A stretch of DNA of 64,000 nt. Origin: Bilabrum cf. latius. Lineage: Eukaryota. The translations under genes were made by a program, and so were the position numbers. Below are positions 13,156 to 26,200 of the stretch, in pieces. The stretch lies in the NCBI GenBank assembly GCA_965178125.1, contig OZ237738.1:496001-560000 (forward strand). Reading direction: 5' to 3'. Position 1 is the stretch's first letter, and the number at the start of each line of letters is the position of its first letter. The notes under the pieces were generated by a model. That model was not told where the DNA came from. It saw nothing but the letters and a program-made list of their open reading frames with translations, and made no database searches.

Positions 13156-15496
13156 TCATTGCGGCGGCGTACCGAAGCAGACCTCCCACACACCGTCCGT
13201 GTTCTGGGGGGCGCACGCTGCTGGCATGTCCGGGAGGTGGGCCAGGTCGGGCTTGCGGTCCACGGCCAGGCGGTCCAGCTGGGCGCGTAGCTCCGCGACG
13301 ATGGCAGGGTGCTTGTCCGCGATGTCACGGTGCTCGCACGGGTCCTCGTAGATGTCGAACAGGCAGGGCTGCTTGGCCGGATCGCAGGTGTCCACGGCGG
13401 GCGGGTCGTTGCCGCCCGGGCCACACTTGACCAGAAAGTCGGGGGCGTCCGGGCCGCTGAACTCGAGCCCTGGGGTGTGATACCACGCCTTTGGGCCACC
13501 GAGCCACATGAACGCACCAGTCACGAGCTTGTACGTCCCGTTCATGAGCGCGCCCTGCGGCTTGCCATGGGCATCCAGGTCGGGCGCGATGGTGTGCACC
13601 ATCCACGTGCGGTTGTGCTTGCCGTCGTCAGCGCTGCTCAGCCAGGCCCACTGGTCTCTGCCATCGCCCTCCTTAAAGGCGGGCTGGTGCAGCGAGGGCT
13701 GCGCGGTATCCGCCAATGGGAGTGGCATCGCGTTCGCGATGGCCATGGCCCTCTGGCTCGCAGGGCTCTTCCTCTCGGACCCATCGATGCCGTCAGCCGC
13801 AGCGTGAGTCAAAGTGTGGTACCAGTCAGTGACATGGACCATGCGGTCCGTGGAGGTCCCCTTAAAGGCAGAGGCGAGGCCAGCGCCGGCAATGATGCCC
13901 GCACCACGGACACCGCCGTCCGTGATAGTGAACTTGCGGCCTCTCAGCGGCATGTTGCTCGCGCAGTTGTGGTCGTAGCTGGACCCATCAACGTCACATG
14001 CCGGCCCGCCGTTATCGGTGGACAGAACAATGAGTGTGTCTTCCCAGAGCCCGGCCTTCTCGAGAGCTGCACGGACCTTGCCCACGCCCTCGTCCATCAA
14101 AGATACCATGGCAGCCACTGTGCGACGCCTGGGGTCCGCGATCGTTTTATTAAAGCGGTCGATTGCGTCTTGCGGGGCCATGAGAGGCATGTGCATGGCC
14201 TGCCACGCGAGGTACAGGAAGAGAGGCTTCTCTCCACTGCCAGCTTCTTCTTCTCCTTGCTTCTGCTGCTGTTGATGCTGCTTGCGAATTGCGTTCGATT
14301 TGGCGTGTTCTTCGATGGCATCTACCGCCCAATCTGTGAAAACGAATGTAGAGTAGTTCCCTGCATACTCGGGAGCAGGCCTTGCCTCATCCCATAGGTC
14401 GTACCCCCAGTAGATGGGGTCCTTGCCGCCGTCTGAAATGTTGCTCGTGCGGTGCGAGTAGTACTCCCTGCGGTTGACGAGACACGGGAGGGAGGGTAAA
14501 ATACCACGTTTGGGCGAAAAAAAGAAACACGACTAGCATGAACCAACCCATCAGGTCCTTGGGCTCACTCGGCTCCGTGGAGGTACCCCTGCGGAGTAGG
14601 GGGGCGGGCGGGAGGCCGGGCGAGGCACTCGCGAGATACTTGGGTGCGGGTTGATCGCACTGGTGCAGCGCTCAAGACACGCGCGAGGCCAGATAGGCCG
14701 ATCGGATCAAACCACTGTGTCGGGATACCGTCTCACCTTGTACGTGTCGTACCCGCGCTCGAGCGGCGTGTCGCTCCAGTTGGTCTGACCGAGGTGCCAT
14801 CTGTGTACAATGCAAGCGAAGCAGAGGCAATTTTATAATGCTACAGGCATACTTATTGAAATCTAAACAGGGGCGCGGAGACATGGGCGCTGCCAAGACT
14901 CACTTGCCCCGCATCACGGTGTGGTAGTCCATCTCCTTCAGTACCGCTGGCAGCAGCGGACACGGCGGAGCAGGGCTGCCATCCGAAAGTGGTCCCTAGT
15001 TACATGTCACGTTTAAGCTGGATGTAGTTCCGGCGCTAAACGGCGTGTAGATGCCGGTGTGAATAATGTTCCGACCAGCTGCGCATATTTCTAATGAAAC
15101 CTAGAGGAATTCGTGCCAATGCGGCTTTGCGCGTAACATAGAATGCATTGATACGAAAGGTTTGCTCAAGCTTACACATTAAGGACGACCTAGTTGGAGA
15201 GCAAACTGGAGCGACGTAGAAACGATTGAACCGCAGGCCTTCGTACGCGATCTTGTCAATGTTTGGAGTGGGGATCTACTTGGAACCATGGAAAGACACA
15301 TCAGAGAACCCGAGATCGTCCACTAGAATGTATACCTGCGGTTGTAATGAGGGGTATTGTTGCACTAGACACTGGCTCTGTACTGGATACAAGACGCGCG
15401 GTACGATCCATCCTGTCTCACGATGTTTGGGCGCTTCCCAAGCGTAGCCACGGTGCAGATACAAAGGCTAACAGCAAGTTGAAGCGAAGAAAGCAT
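13156..15496 (-). CDS. Arylsulfatase B-like sulfatase (S1 family), about 6 exons
   Basis: Signal peptide, then [30 protein letters not shown], catalytic [35 protein letters not shown]. Five GT-AG introns (e.g. 15336-15421) and a 20-nt exon at 14569-14588; ends TGA. Confidence 0.85.
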
Positions 15497-15898
15497 ATCC
15501 GCTGGCGTTTGGGGGATAAGTGGCAGATACTTGTTGAACCGCGAACGAGTGGGAGGAGCAATCATGTGGCCGAAATGTGCTCCGGCGGCGGTCTTTGATG
15601 ATGTGATTCCTGGCACGCCAAACCTTGAGTGCAAGCATTATGATAACCACGAGTGCTGCGCAATTAGACTGGATTAGTGTCCCGTCAGCGCTCGGAGAAG
15701 GTTAGCGTGGACTTGAGACTATACCGCCAGTGGCAGCTAGGCCGACCAAGCGATGCGCTTACCTGGAATCTGACTACATCCATACACGCACGTGCCGAAG
15801 TATTCCGCCGACTTCAGTAGCCGAACTTGCGTCCCAAATAGAGAGTCCCCGCGCGTTGCGACCTGGTTGGGCTGACCTTGGTCCGAAGGCACGCTCAG

Positions 15899-16109
15899 AG
15901 GTACCAGATTGTTGTCCCGCAAAATGCACGGCCATTCCGAAGTGGATCTGTCCGCGGGCGTGGGCCTCGAGACGAGGAATGTGGTGATCCAGGGGTCCGG
16001 CACCCAGGTGACGTACGCCAGACGGCTCTTCGGCGGCCACACCATGCCAGTGGCCATGAACGGGGGTATCTACCGCATTGAGAACGCAGAGGTGCGCAGG
16101 GCAGGTCAA
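15899..16109 (+). pseudogene. Inverted partial copy of the fibrocystin-L-like gene (segment ~28785-28985)
   Basis: Translates to GHSEVDLSAGVGLETRNVVIQGSGTQVTYARRLFGGHTM..MNGGIYRIENAEVRRAGQ, nearly identical to the minus-strand gene; no own start or context. Confidence 0.85.
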
Positions 16110-16158
16110 ATTAAAAAAGAATTCTCGCCGTAGTCTATCAATGTCTCAACGGATTTAC

Positions 16159-18097
16159 TCAGCCCGGCGCGTGCCCCACCGCCGCCAGCTGAGCCTCTAG
16201 CTCTTGCACTCGCGCCTCGGCCGCCTCCAGCCGCTCGGTCTGCGACTCCATCCAGGCCTGCTCCTCGTCCCCCAGCACAGCCCCATGCCCCTGCAGCACC
16301 TTCACGCACTCCCTGTGCCCGCCCACCATGGCTGCATGCAGTGGGGACACCAGCTGGCCACCAAGCACTCGCCCCTTCCTGTCCAGTCCCCCTGCCAGCT
16401 TGCCCAGCCTCAGCCGCTTGCCCAGCTCCAGCGGTCGCCCCGTGGCTGCCGCATTGAACACGAGAGCAGCGTCTCTCTGCGCGATCGCTGCGTGCCTCCA
16501 TGCGGCCAAGCAGTGCGCCCTGAAGCTGAAGCGCTCGATCAGACGGATCGTGGCTCTGTGTCGGTAGGCTTGAGTCTCAGAGCCTGCTGGGAGCTCCGCA
16601 GGTGCCTCGCCTGCGTTGTTCTTGATGTCCTTCTTTGCGCCTGCATGAAGCAGCAAGCGAGCGCATTCAACCCGCCCGTACTCCACGGCAGCATGTAGCG
16701 GGGTGCTACCGTCGTGGCTTTGAGCGTTCACATCTGCACCTGCACGGACCAGCACTCGCGCACAATCCACATGACCAGTCTCACAGGCCATGTACAGAGG
16801 CGATTCTCCTTGCGCAGCCCGAGTGACTACAGTCGCCCCGGCCTCCACAAGCAGACGCACACAGTCCACATGGCCGTCCTGGCTTGCAATGTGCAGCGGT
16901 ACAAAGCCACCATCCTTTGCTGCGTTCACATTGGCGCCAGCCCCCATCAACACACGCGCGCAATCCACGTCACCAGTCGCACAAGCCACGAACAGAGGCG
17001 ATTCTCCCGTCGCAGTCCGCGTATCCACAGTCGCCCCGGCCTCCACAAGCAGACGCACACAGTCCACATGGCCGTCCTCGCTTGCAGTGTGCAGCGGTAC
17101 AAAGCCACCATCCATTCCAGCGTTCACATTGGCGCCAGCCCCCATCAACACACGCGCGCAATCCACATGACCAGTCTCACAGGCCACGTACAGAGGCGAT
17201 GCCCCTTGCGCAGTCCGCGTGTCCACAGTCGCCCCGGCCTCCACAAGCAGACGCACACAGTCCACATGGCCTTCCTCGCTTGCAATGTGTAGCGGCACAA
17301 AGCCACCATCCATTACAGCATTCACATTGGCGCCAGCCCCCATCAACACACGCGCGCAATCCACATGACCAGTCGCACAGGCCATGTGCAGAGGCGATTC
17401 TCCTCTCGCAGTCCGCGTATCCACAGTGGCCCCGGCCTCCACAAGCAGACGCACACAGTCCACGTGGCCATACTCGCTTGCAATATGCAGCGGCAAAAAG
17501 CCACCATCATTTGCTGCGTTCACATTGGCGCCAGCCCCCATCAACACACGCGCGCAATCCACATGACCAGTCTCACAGGCCACGTACAGAGGCGATGCCC
17601 CTTGCGCAGTCCGCGTGTCCACAGTCGCCCCGGCCTCCACAAGCAGACGCACACAGTCCACTGTCCCATGCTCGCTTGCGGCGTGAAGAGCCGTAACATG
17701 TCCATCACCAACTGCATTCACATCAGCACCAGCATCAGTCAGATACTTCAAGCAGTCGACATGACCATTCCTTACACAGCAGAAAATAGGAGTCTATTGC
17801 TCCCTATTTCTGCTGCTGGCATCGACGCCAGCCTTCAACAGTCTCTACACTACCGAAGCGCTCCCAGTATCAGCTGCGAAAGATGATGGACAGTGTAACC
17901 AACTCGATATGATGTATTGCATCCATGGTTCCAACCGAATGATAACTAGGCGTTTGAATGCGCTTACCCGCAACATGGAGCAATGTGTTGCCCTAAAGCG
18001 AGCAAAACGCAAGGCTCGGCTCCTTCTAGAGAAGTTCCGATACTTTGCGGGAATCACCGCATTTCGCTGCATCAATGATGCGAGTCGTATTGTCCAT
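16159..18097 (-). CDS. Ankyrin-repeat protein, copy 1 (~614 aa, 2 exons)
   Basis: MDNTTRIIDAAKCG start; 94-nt intron 17874-17967; four in-frame TAGs (18026, 17993, 17845, 17794); five 198-nt two-ankyrin units; short C-terminal coiled coil; ends TGA. Confidence 0.85.
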
Positions 18098-18282
18098 GGT
18101 GGCAATTGGGTACTCGGAGATCGCAGCGCTAGTCTGTTGATTGTGTTTGAATCCTCGAATCGACAAACCAAAGCGTGCCTCACCGAGTCGCCGATCGGAG
18201 CTCAGCCCCGGCAAAGCAATGCTTCGGCAGCCATGACTGGAATGCATCCACCCGTCTCCTGAACAAAAACCGCGTGCATGGC

Positions 18283-19122
18283 GGAGGCATCCCCACATGG
18301 CCGGCGCCCAGGCCAGGTACCACTACGTCAAGTCGCTGGCCGTGCACGACTCCAACCAGAGGTGCGCCACCATCCACGGCAGCAAATACTACACCGTCTT
18401 CTCCATCGCATGCACCAGGGTAAGAGGACACAGCGTCTTCGTGGAGGACGGCGCCGAGGAGTGGAACGTGATCGAGGACAACCTCGTGGCCGGGACCATC
18501 CGCCTCTTCAACGCCCTCAAGGGCGACATGAAGCCGGCGTCCTTCTGGGCAGCCAGCCCCAAGCAGCTATGGACCGGCAACTATGCCGCTGGTGGGTAGA
18601 ACGACGGATATTGCGCGAGCTGCCTGGCGCTCTCCATGGACCGTCCTTCACCACCTCCATCTGCCCCGTGCACGACCACCTGGGGCACTTCCACAACAAC
18701 ACGGCGCAGGCCAACGGCGTGCAGGGGCTGCGCATCTACCCCGCGTACCTGCCGTACAAGCACCCATGCAATGAAGCAGAAGGACCTCCGGACATGTGCA
18801 GCAGACCTTCGCCAACCTCACGTCCTTCCGCAACGGCGCTCACGGCATCTTCAACAAGCAGGCCCGGCGCCATCCGGCTCAAGCACTTCAACCTCATGGG
18901 CAACGGCGGCGACGACGAGAGGCGCGTGAAAGCTCAAGAAGGTGTACGGACCTCCCGCGCACCAGCCCAACTCGGAAGGCAACCTGTACGTGCGCGACCC
19001 TGACCACCCCACGACCCCCGGCCACTGGCGGCAAGCTGGGCCTGTTCGCCCCCCAGGACGAGTACTACTACGGCAAGGACCTGACCTTCGTGGGGTACGG
19101 CAGCGGAGGGGCCGTCACCGGT
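18283..19122 (+). pseudogene. Inverted, frameshifted partial copy of the fibrocystin-L-like gene (segment ~27925-28780)
   Basis: HMAGAQARYHYVKSLAVHDSNQRCATIHG...GKDLTFVGYGSGGA; the homologous peptide jumps between frames. Confidence 0.85.
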
Positions 19123-19204
19123 GGCAGGGATTCTGACTGATGCTTGCGTGTACTGTTGCGACCCAGGAGTACGACGACCACTTGACTCTATCTCGATCCC
19201 TTAC

Positions 19205-21413
19205 TCAGCCAGGCGCTTGACCCTATGCTGCAAGCCGAGCCTCTAGCTCTTTCACTCGATCCTCGAATGCCTCCAGCTCCCTCACTTGATCCTCGAATGC
19301 CCGCGCTCGACCCTCAAGCGCTTCTGCTCGCGCCTCGGCCGCCTCCAGCCGCTTGGTCTGCGACTCTATCCAGGCCTGCTCCTCGTCCCCCAGCACAGCT
19401 CCATGCCCCTGCAGCACCTTCACGCACTCCCTGTGCCCGCCCACCATGGCTGCATGCAGTGGGGACACCAGCTGACCACCAAGGACTCGCCCCTTCCTGT
19501 CCAGTCCCCCCGCCAGCTTGCCCAGCCTCAGCCGCTTGCCCAGCTCCAGCGGTCGCCCCGTGGCTGCCGCATTGAACACGAGAGCAGCGTCTCTCTGCGC
19601 GATCGCTGCTTGCCTCCATGCGGCCAAGCAGTGCGCCCTGAAGCTGAAGCGCTCGATCAGGCGGACCGTGGCTCTGTGTCGGTAGACTGGAGTCTCAGAG
19701 CCTGGTGGGAGCTCCGCAGGTGCCTTGCCTGCGTTGTTCTTGATGTCTTTCTTAGCGCCTGCATGAAGTAGCAAGCGAGCGCATTCAACCTGCCCGTACT
19801 CCACGGCAGCGTGAAGCGGGGTGCTGCCGTTGCGGCTTTGAGCGTCCACATCTGCACCTGCACGGACCAGCACTCGCACGCAATCCACATGACCATTTTG
19901 ACAGGCCCAATACACAGGCACTGCTACATGCCTGTGCCTGGTATTCACAGTCACCCCGGCCTCCACAAGCAGACGCACACAGTCCATATGGCCTTCCTCG
20001 CTTGCAATGTGCAGCGGCACAAAGCCACCATCATTTGCTGCGTTCACATTGGCGCCAGCCCCCATCAACACACGCGCGCAATCCACATGACCAGTCCAGC
20101 AGGCCAAGTACAGAGGCGATGCCCCTGTGGCAGTCAGCGTGTCCACAGTCGCCCCGGCCTCCACAAGCAGATGCACACAGTCCACATGGCCGTCCTGGCT
20201 TGCAGCATGCAGCGGCGCATAGCCACCATCCATTGCAGCATTCACATTGGCGCCAGCCCCCATCAACACAAGCGCGCAATCCACATGACCAGTCCCACAG
20301 GCCATATACAGAGGCGATGCTCCTGTCGCAGTCCGCGTGTCCACAGTGGCCCCGGCCTCCACAAGCAGACGCACACAGTCCACATGGCCGTCCTGGCTTG
20401 CAGCATACAGCGGCGCAAAGCCACCATCCTTTGCTGCATTCACATCGGCGCCAGCCCCCATCAACACACGCGCGCAATCCACATGACCAGTCGTACAGGC
20501 CAAGTACAGAGGCGATACCCCTTTCACACTCCGCGTGTCCACAGTGGCCCCGGCCTCCACAAGCAGACGCACACAGCCCACATGGCCATGCTCGCTTGCA
20601 GCATGCAGCGGCACATAGCCGCCATCACTTGCAGCATTCACATTGGCGCCAGCCCCCATCAACACACGCGCGCAATCCACATGACCAGTCGTACAGGCCA
20701 CGTACAGAGGCGATGCCCCTGTCGCAGTCAGCGTGTCCACAGTCGCCCCGGCCTCCACAAGCAGACGCACACAGTCCACATGGCCGTCCTGGCTTGCAGC
20801 ATACAGCGGCGCAAAGCCACCATCCATTGCTGCATTCACATCGGCGCCAGCACCCATCAACACACGCGCGCAATCCACATGACCAGTCTCACAGGCCACG
20901 TACAGAGGCGATGCCCCTCTCGCAGTCCGCGTGTCCACAGTCGCCCCGGCCTCCACAAGCAGACGCACACAGTCCACTGTCCCATGCTCGCTTGCGGCGT
21001 GAAGAGCCGTAACATGTCCAACACCAACTGCATTCACATCAGCACCAGCATCAGTCAGATGCTTCAAGCAGTCCACATGACCATTCCTCACACAGCAGAA
21101 AATAGGAGTCTCTTGCCCCCTATTTCTGCTGTTGGCATCGACGCCAGCCTTCAACAATCTCTGGACTACCGAAGCGCTCCCAGTATCAGCTGCGAAAGAT
21201 GATGGACAGTGCAACCGACTCGATATGGTGTTTTGCATCCATGGTTCCAACCGAACGATTACTAGGCGTTTGAATGCGCTCACCCGCAACATGGAGCAAT
21301 GTGTTGCCCTAAAGCGAGCAAAACGCAAGGCTCGGCTCCTTCTCGAGAAGTTCCGATACTTTGCGGGAATCACCGCATTTCGCTGCATCAATGATGCGAG
21401 TCGTATTGTCCAT
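19205..21413 (-). CDS. Ankyrin-repeat protein, copy 2 (~704 aa, 2 exons)
   Basis: Paralogue of copy 1 with the same 130-nt first exon and 94-nt intron (21190-21283); six 198-nt units. Reading through TAG 19223 gives LAA*GQAPG-TGA, matching copy 1's LAAVGHAPG-TGA. Confidence 0.85.
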
Positions 21414-21593
21414 GGTGGCAATTGGTTTCTCGGAGATCGCAGCGCTATTGATTGTGCTTGGATCCACAAATCGACAAAAACGTGCCTCACCGAATCGCCG
21501 ATCGGAGCTCAGCCCCGGCAAACCAATGCTTCGGCGGCCATGACTGGAATGCATCCATCCGTATCCTGAACACCACCCGGGTGCATGAAAGAG

Positions 21594-22722
21594 GCACACC
21601 CACATGGCCCCCGCCCAGGCCAGGTACCACCACGTCAAGTCGCTGGCCGTGCACGACTCCAACCAGAGGTGCGCCACCATCCACGGCAGCAAGTACTGCA
21701 CCGTCTTCTCCATCGCATGCACCAGGGTAAGAGGACACAGCGTCTTCGTGGAGGACGGCGCCGAGGATGTGGAACGTGATCGATGAGAACCTCGTGGCCG
21801 GGACCATCCGCCTCTTCAACGCCCTCAAGGGCGACATGAAGCCGGCGTCCTTCTGGGCAGCCAGCCCCAAGCAGCTCTGGACCGGCAACTATGCCGCTGG
21901 TGGGTAGAACGACGGATATTGCGCGAGCTGCCTGGCGCTCCCCATGGACCGTCCTTCACCACCTCCATCTGCCCCGTGCACGACCACCTGGGGCAGTTCC
22001 ACAACAACACGGCGCAGGCCAACGGCGTGCAGGGGCTGCGCATCTACCCCGTGTACCTGCCGTACAAGCACCCATGCAATGAAGCAGAAGGACCTCCGGA
22101 CATGTGCATCAGACCTTCGCCAACCTCACGTCCTTCCGCAACGGCGCTCGCGGCATCTTCAACAAGCAGGGCGGCGCCATCCGGCTCAAGCACTTCAAGC
22201 TCATGGGCAACGGCGGCGACGACGAGAGGCGCGTGAAGCTCAAGAAGGTGTACGGACCTCCCGCGCACCAGCCCAACTCGGAAGGCAACCTGTACGTGCG
22301 CGACCCTGACCACCCCACGATCCCCGGCCACTGGCGGCAAGCTGGGCCTGTTCGCCCCCCAGGACGAGTACTACTACGGCAAGGACCTGACCTTCGTGGG
22401 GTACGGCAGCGGAGGCGCCATCGCCGGATGCGCCAAGTGCGCTAGCCAGACCGATATGAAGCAGGGCGGGTACACTTTCCGTTTCTCTGGGCTTCGGTTC
22501 TTCAACTCCACGAAGCGCGTGCGCTTCACGGCGCCCTACAAGCAGATCTTTTAGGATGACGATGGCAGCCTGACTGGCACCGCCGGCGGGTGGGCCACGG
22601 CCTACCGCGCGTTCAACGTGTGGCCCGGGCAGTGCGAGAGGCAGGGCGTGGAGTACGACAACGGCATCGTGTGCGACGACTCGGTCAAGGTGCGCCGGCT
22701 GTAGCTGGACCAGTACTCGCCG
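21594..22722 (+). pseudogene. Second inverted, frameshifted partial copy of the fibrocystin-L-like gene (segment ~27630-28750)
   Basis: Near-identical reverse complement from HMAPAQARY to VRRL*LDQY, with indels. Confidence 0.87.
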
Positions 22723-23270
22723 CTCCACGATGCATATACCATTCGGTGACTTTGGCAGGAATTTTGAAGCTGCCATAGTGCAGCGAACTTATCAAATAAA
22801 TAGAACCAAACTGTGGCAAATCTCCGGCCAGCGCACGAAAAGCCTCGACAGAAACAGCGGCATCAGGCGTGCGGCGTCAAACGCCAGCTGACAGCCTGTG
22901 TCGCTGCTCCCACGAGAGCAGTGCGTGAGAGGCACTTGAGCAGTCACGAAAAACTAGTCACAAAAGCAAGACGCCGCCCGAAGAGCACAAAGCAGGTCAA
23001 TTCCTGCAAAATGCTGTCGAACAGACGCCCAAGTCCGGGGGATCGCCCGCGATGGCCTGGCACGCACCATCCAAACATCCCCCCTCATCCCTCCCGCCAC
23101 CTCCTTCCCAACCCTTTATTCATCCCGAGCGCACCAAGGACCAAAAAATCCTTCGATGCGATGGCCAAGGAGCGTCGCGCATCGCGCTTGCGTCAAACGC
23201 CGGCGTCGCGCCGCTTCCGCCCCGAGATATCTATCAATCATTTCCTTTCCTGCCTCCTCCTCCCCGCCCT

Positions 23271-26200
23271 TCACACGATGGACCCGCCAGCCCCGCGCAC
23301 CCTGGTGGGCTTGGGTGCCACCCGAACGGTGGGCTTGTGCGCGTGGTGAGACTCACCACCGAACCCGGGCCCGGCCTCGGCGCCCCCCGCGTGGGAGCCC
23401 GCGATGACCCTCGCCCTCTCCTGCCACGTGGGGTTGGCCCCATGCCACTCCACACCGTTCTTGCGAGAACCGGGCTGCAAGGGCGAGCTCTGGATCTTGT
23501 TGGCACCGCTGGAGCCCTGCAGCTTGACCTGGTCGGCACCGGCACCGGCGCTGCCCTGCCTGCCGTACACGAAGAACAGGCCCACGAGCACGAGACCCAC
23601 CACCACGAGGCCGCCGACCACGGCGCCCGCGATCAAACCGGCGCCGATGCCGCCGTCGTCGTCCCCACCGGGCTGGGTGGGGGGGCGGATCACGCTGTCG
23701 GTGTCGGTGTTGTTGGCACCCGGGGACCGGGGCACTGCGAGGCCGACCAGCCCCGACACGTCGTCCACGTTGGTGTCCACGTATCCCTGGATCGTCACGT
23801 TGTTGTACGTGATGTTCTCGCCAGCGAACAGTGGCACGCCGGGTGAGGCCAGGTCCACGAAGTTGGCCTCCATCATGGCCTGCAGCAGGTCGTCCACCTC
23901 GGGGTCCGAGGGCGGCAGCACGGTGCCCCTCTCGCTCGTCATGGACTCGTCCGAGGGCGGGTCCTCCAGCGCCGGCCTCGAGATGCCGATCTCGGCGTCC
24001 TCCAAGGGGTAGCCCACGTCCAGCTCGCCGCCAGCGATGGCGTTCTGGATGGTCTTGCCCACCGCCACGAGGCGCTCCACCTGCCTGACCGTGTCCTGCT
24101 TCTCGAGGGAAGGCTCGGCCTCGTCCTGGATCTCCACCCCCACGTGGGCAGATCCCGCGGCCACCTCCACGATCTTGATCCGGTCGGCAGGGATGGACAG
24201 CAGGGTGGCCAGGTTCTGCACCACGTTCTCGCCGGCGAACTCGTCCACGGACACGGCCAGGGTCATGTTCAGCTGGATGCTGGACCTGCGCCGGATCAGG
24301 TAGTCGGCGCCGGGGTTCCCACCGCGCATGGTGAAGTACAGATGCCTGGCCTGCGGGTCGAACTTGTTGGCTCCGGCGGGGGAGTTGAGCGTGGGCAGGT
24401 CCGTGCCGGGCAGCGGCTGCACGAGCTGGCCGTTGTAGAACACGTCGATCGAGTTGGGCCGCTGCACGAACAGCTTGATCACCACGGCCTCGTTGGCGTC
24501 ATCCGAGTGGAACCGTCCGCGGAGCGTACCGGGCAGCGTGCCGCCGAACCGGAGGTGGTTCTCCACGCCAGACTCGAGCAGCATCGGGTGGTGCTGGAAG
24601 GGGAACCGCTTGGCGCAGCCGTCCGCGATCGGGTTCACCGAGGACGAGTTGCGCAGGCCGCCCGAGGGAGTCTCCCTCTGGATGCGCACGGGTCCGATGA
24701 GACGGAAGCCGCGGTCGCGATCCAGGCCGTCAAACACGGCGTGTACCATGTTGAGGGCGCCGCCGCGGATGCCGTCGGCGGGCGGCTGCTCCCCGGCGCA
24801 CTCCACGCCGGACCACGCGGCCACGCCCTCGCACACGGGAGAGTTGTCCGCGTTGCCGATGTCCCACTGCGACATGATGACCGAGTTGGCCTTGCCCGTG
24901 GACACGGTGGTGCCGTCCAGGTCCTCCACCTTGACCACGCTGAAGCCGTCGCATCCCTGGCGCGTGCACTTGGAGTTCGTCTTGTCGTTCTTGTCGAAGC
25001 TGAACTTGTTGTCGTGGCCGGTGTTGAACCAGTTGATGCCCCTGAAGAACATGGGCGGGAAGAAGTCCACCTGGGTCGGGTTGGTCACCACGGCCTTGCT
25101 GGCGTAGCTCTGACCGCCGCACGTCTCGCTCTCGTTGCCAAAGTGGGCAAAGTGCGTGTCGATCACGTGGTACTCGGCGTGCCTGGTCCCCGGCAGGCCG
25201 TACCGCTTCTCCCACGGCATCGAGCACATGCGGGTGGGCGTGTTGACCGGCCTGCACACCGGCATCTCGCTGTCGTGGGTGCACGTCTTGCCCCTGTTGG
25301 TGTACTGCGCAGACATGATGCCGGCGCGGCGGTACTCGCTGCCCAGCACGCTCTGGCACGACACGCCCCAGCCGTCGTTCTGGCTTACCGCAAGGCAGCC
25401 CACGCTGCCTCCGCAGGTCGACGCGCCTGTGGACCCGGCAAAGTTCGAGTTCTGCACCACCGTGTACGACAGGCGGGCGCGGCGGAAGTAGTTGGGCGAG
25501 AAGCCGATGTGGCTGTCCGTCACCGTCACGTGGTCCAGGCGGAAGTGGGCCAGCTGGTCCACGGTCACCACGCCCAGGTGGGCGGCCTTCCACACCGTGG
25601 CTCGCTGCAGCTGCACGCACTTGCTCTCGCCGCCGCCCGCGGTAGACAGCACGAAGAAGCCGATCTTGCTGCCGTACGCCTCGTTGTTCTGGATGGGGTC
25701 GTTCTCGGCCGTCTCCCACGGGGACGAGCACAGCGTCGGCCGGATGGTGAAGCCGCCGTCGTACGAGCCGCCCACCACGTTGCCGCGGAGGCTGCGGGGC
25801 TCCACGTCCAAGAAGAAGCCCGCGCGGTTCCGCGCCCACCGGTTGGTCTCGTCCGTGGCGCGGAAGACGCCGGCGACCAGGTTGTTCTCGATCGTCGCGT
25901 TCGTGGCGCGGCTGTCCAGCTCAAAGGCGGTGCGCACGGCGTGGTGGAACACGTTGTCCTTGGCCTCGACGTTCTTGGACCCAAAGCCCACCACGCCGTA
26001 GTTGTACAGGTCCGAGAAGGCGCAGCCGATGATCCTCTGCACGGGGTTGTTGGGGCTGTCGGTCCTCCAGGGGGAGAACTGCATGAACAGAGCAGAGTGC
26101 TCCATCTCGCCCTGGCCCTGCTGCTGCAGCTCCACGTAGCTGAGGTGGATGCGGCCCTGGAACTTGGCCCGGAGGCCCGACACGGCGTCGGCGGCGCCGT

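Noticed and set aside
16110-18282. Classical transposon or retrocopy
   Set aside because: No transposase or RT, terminal inverted repeats, target-site duplication or poly(A) seen; the intron is retained.
16714-21202. Long repetitive plus-strand ORFs over the ankyrin genes
   Set aside because: Antisense shadows of the 198-nt coding repeats.
21190-21490. N-terminus of the listed 755-aa ankyrin ORF
   Set aside because: It runs through the intron in another frame; the spliced model from ATG 21413 matches copy 1.
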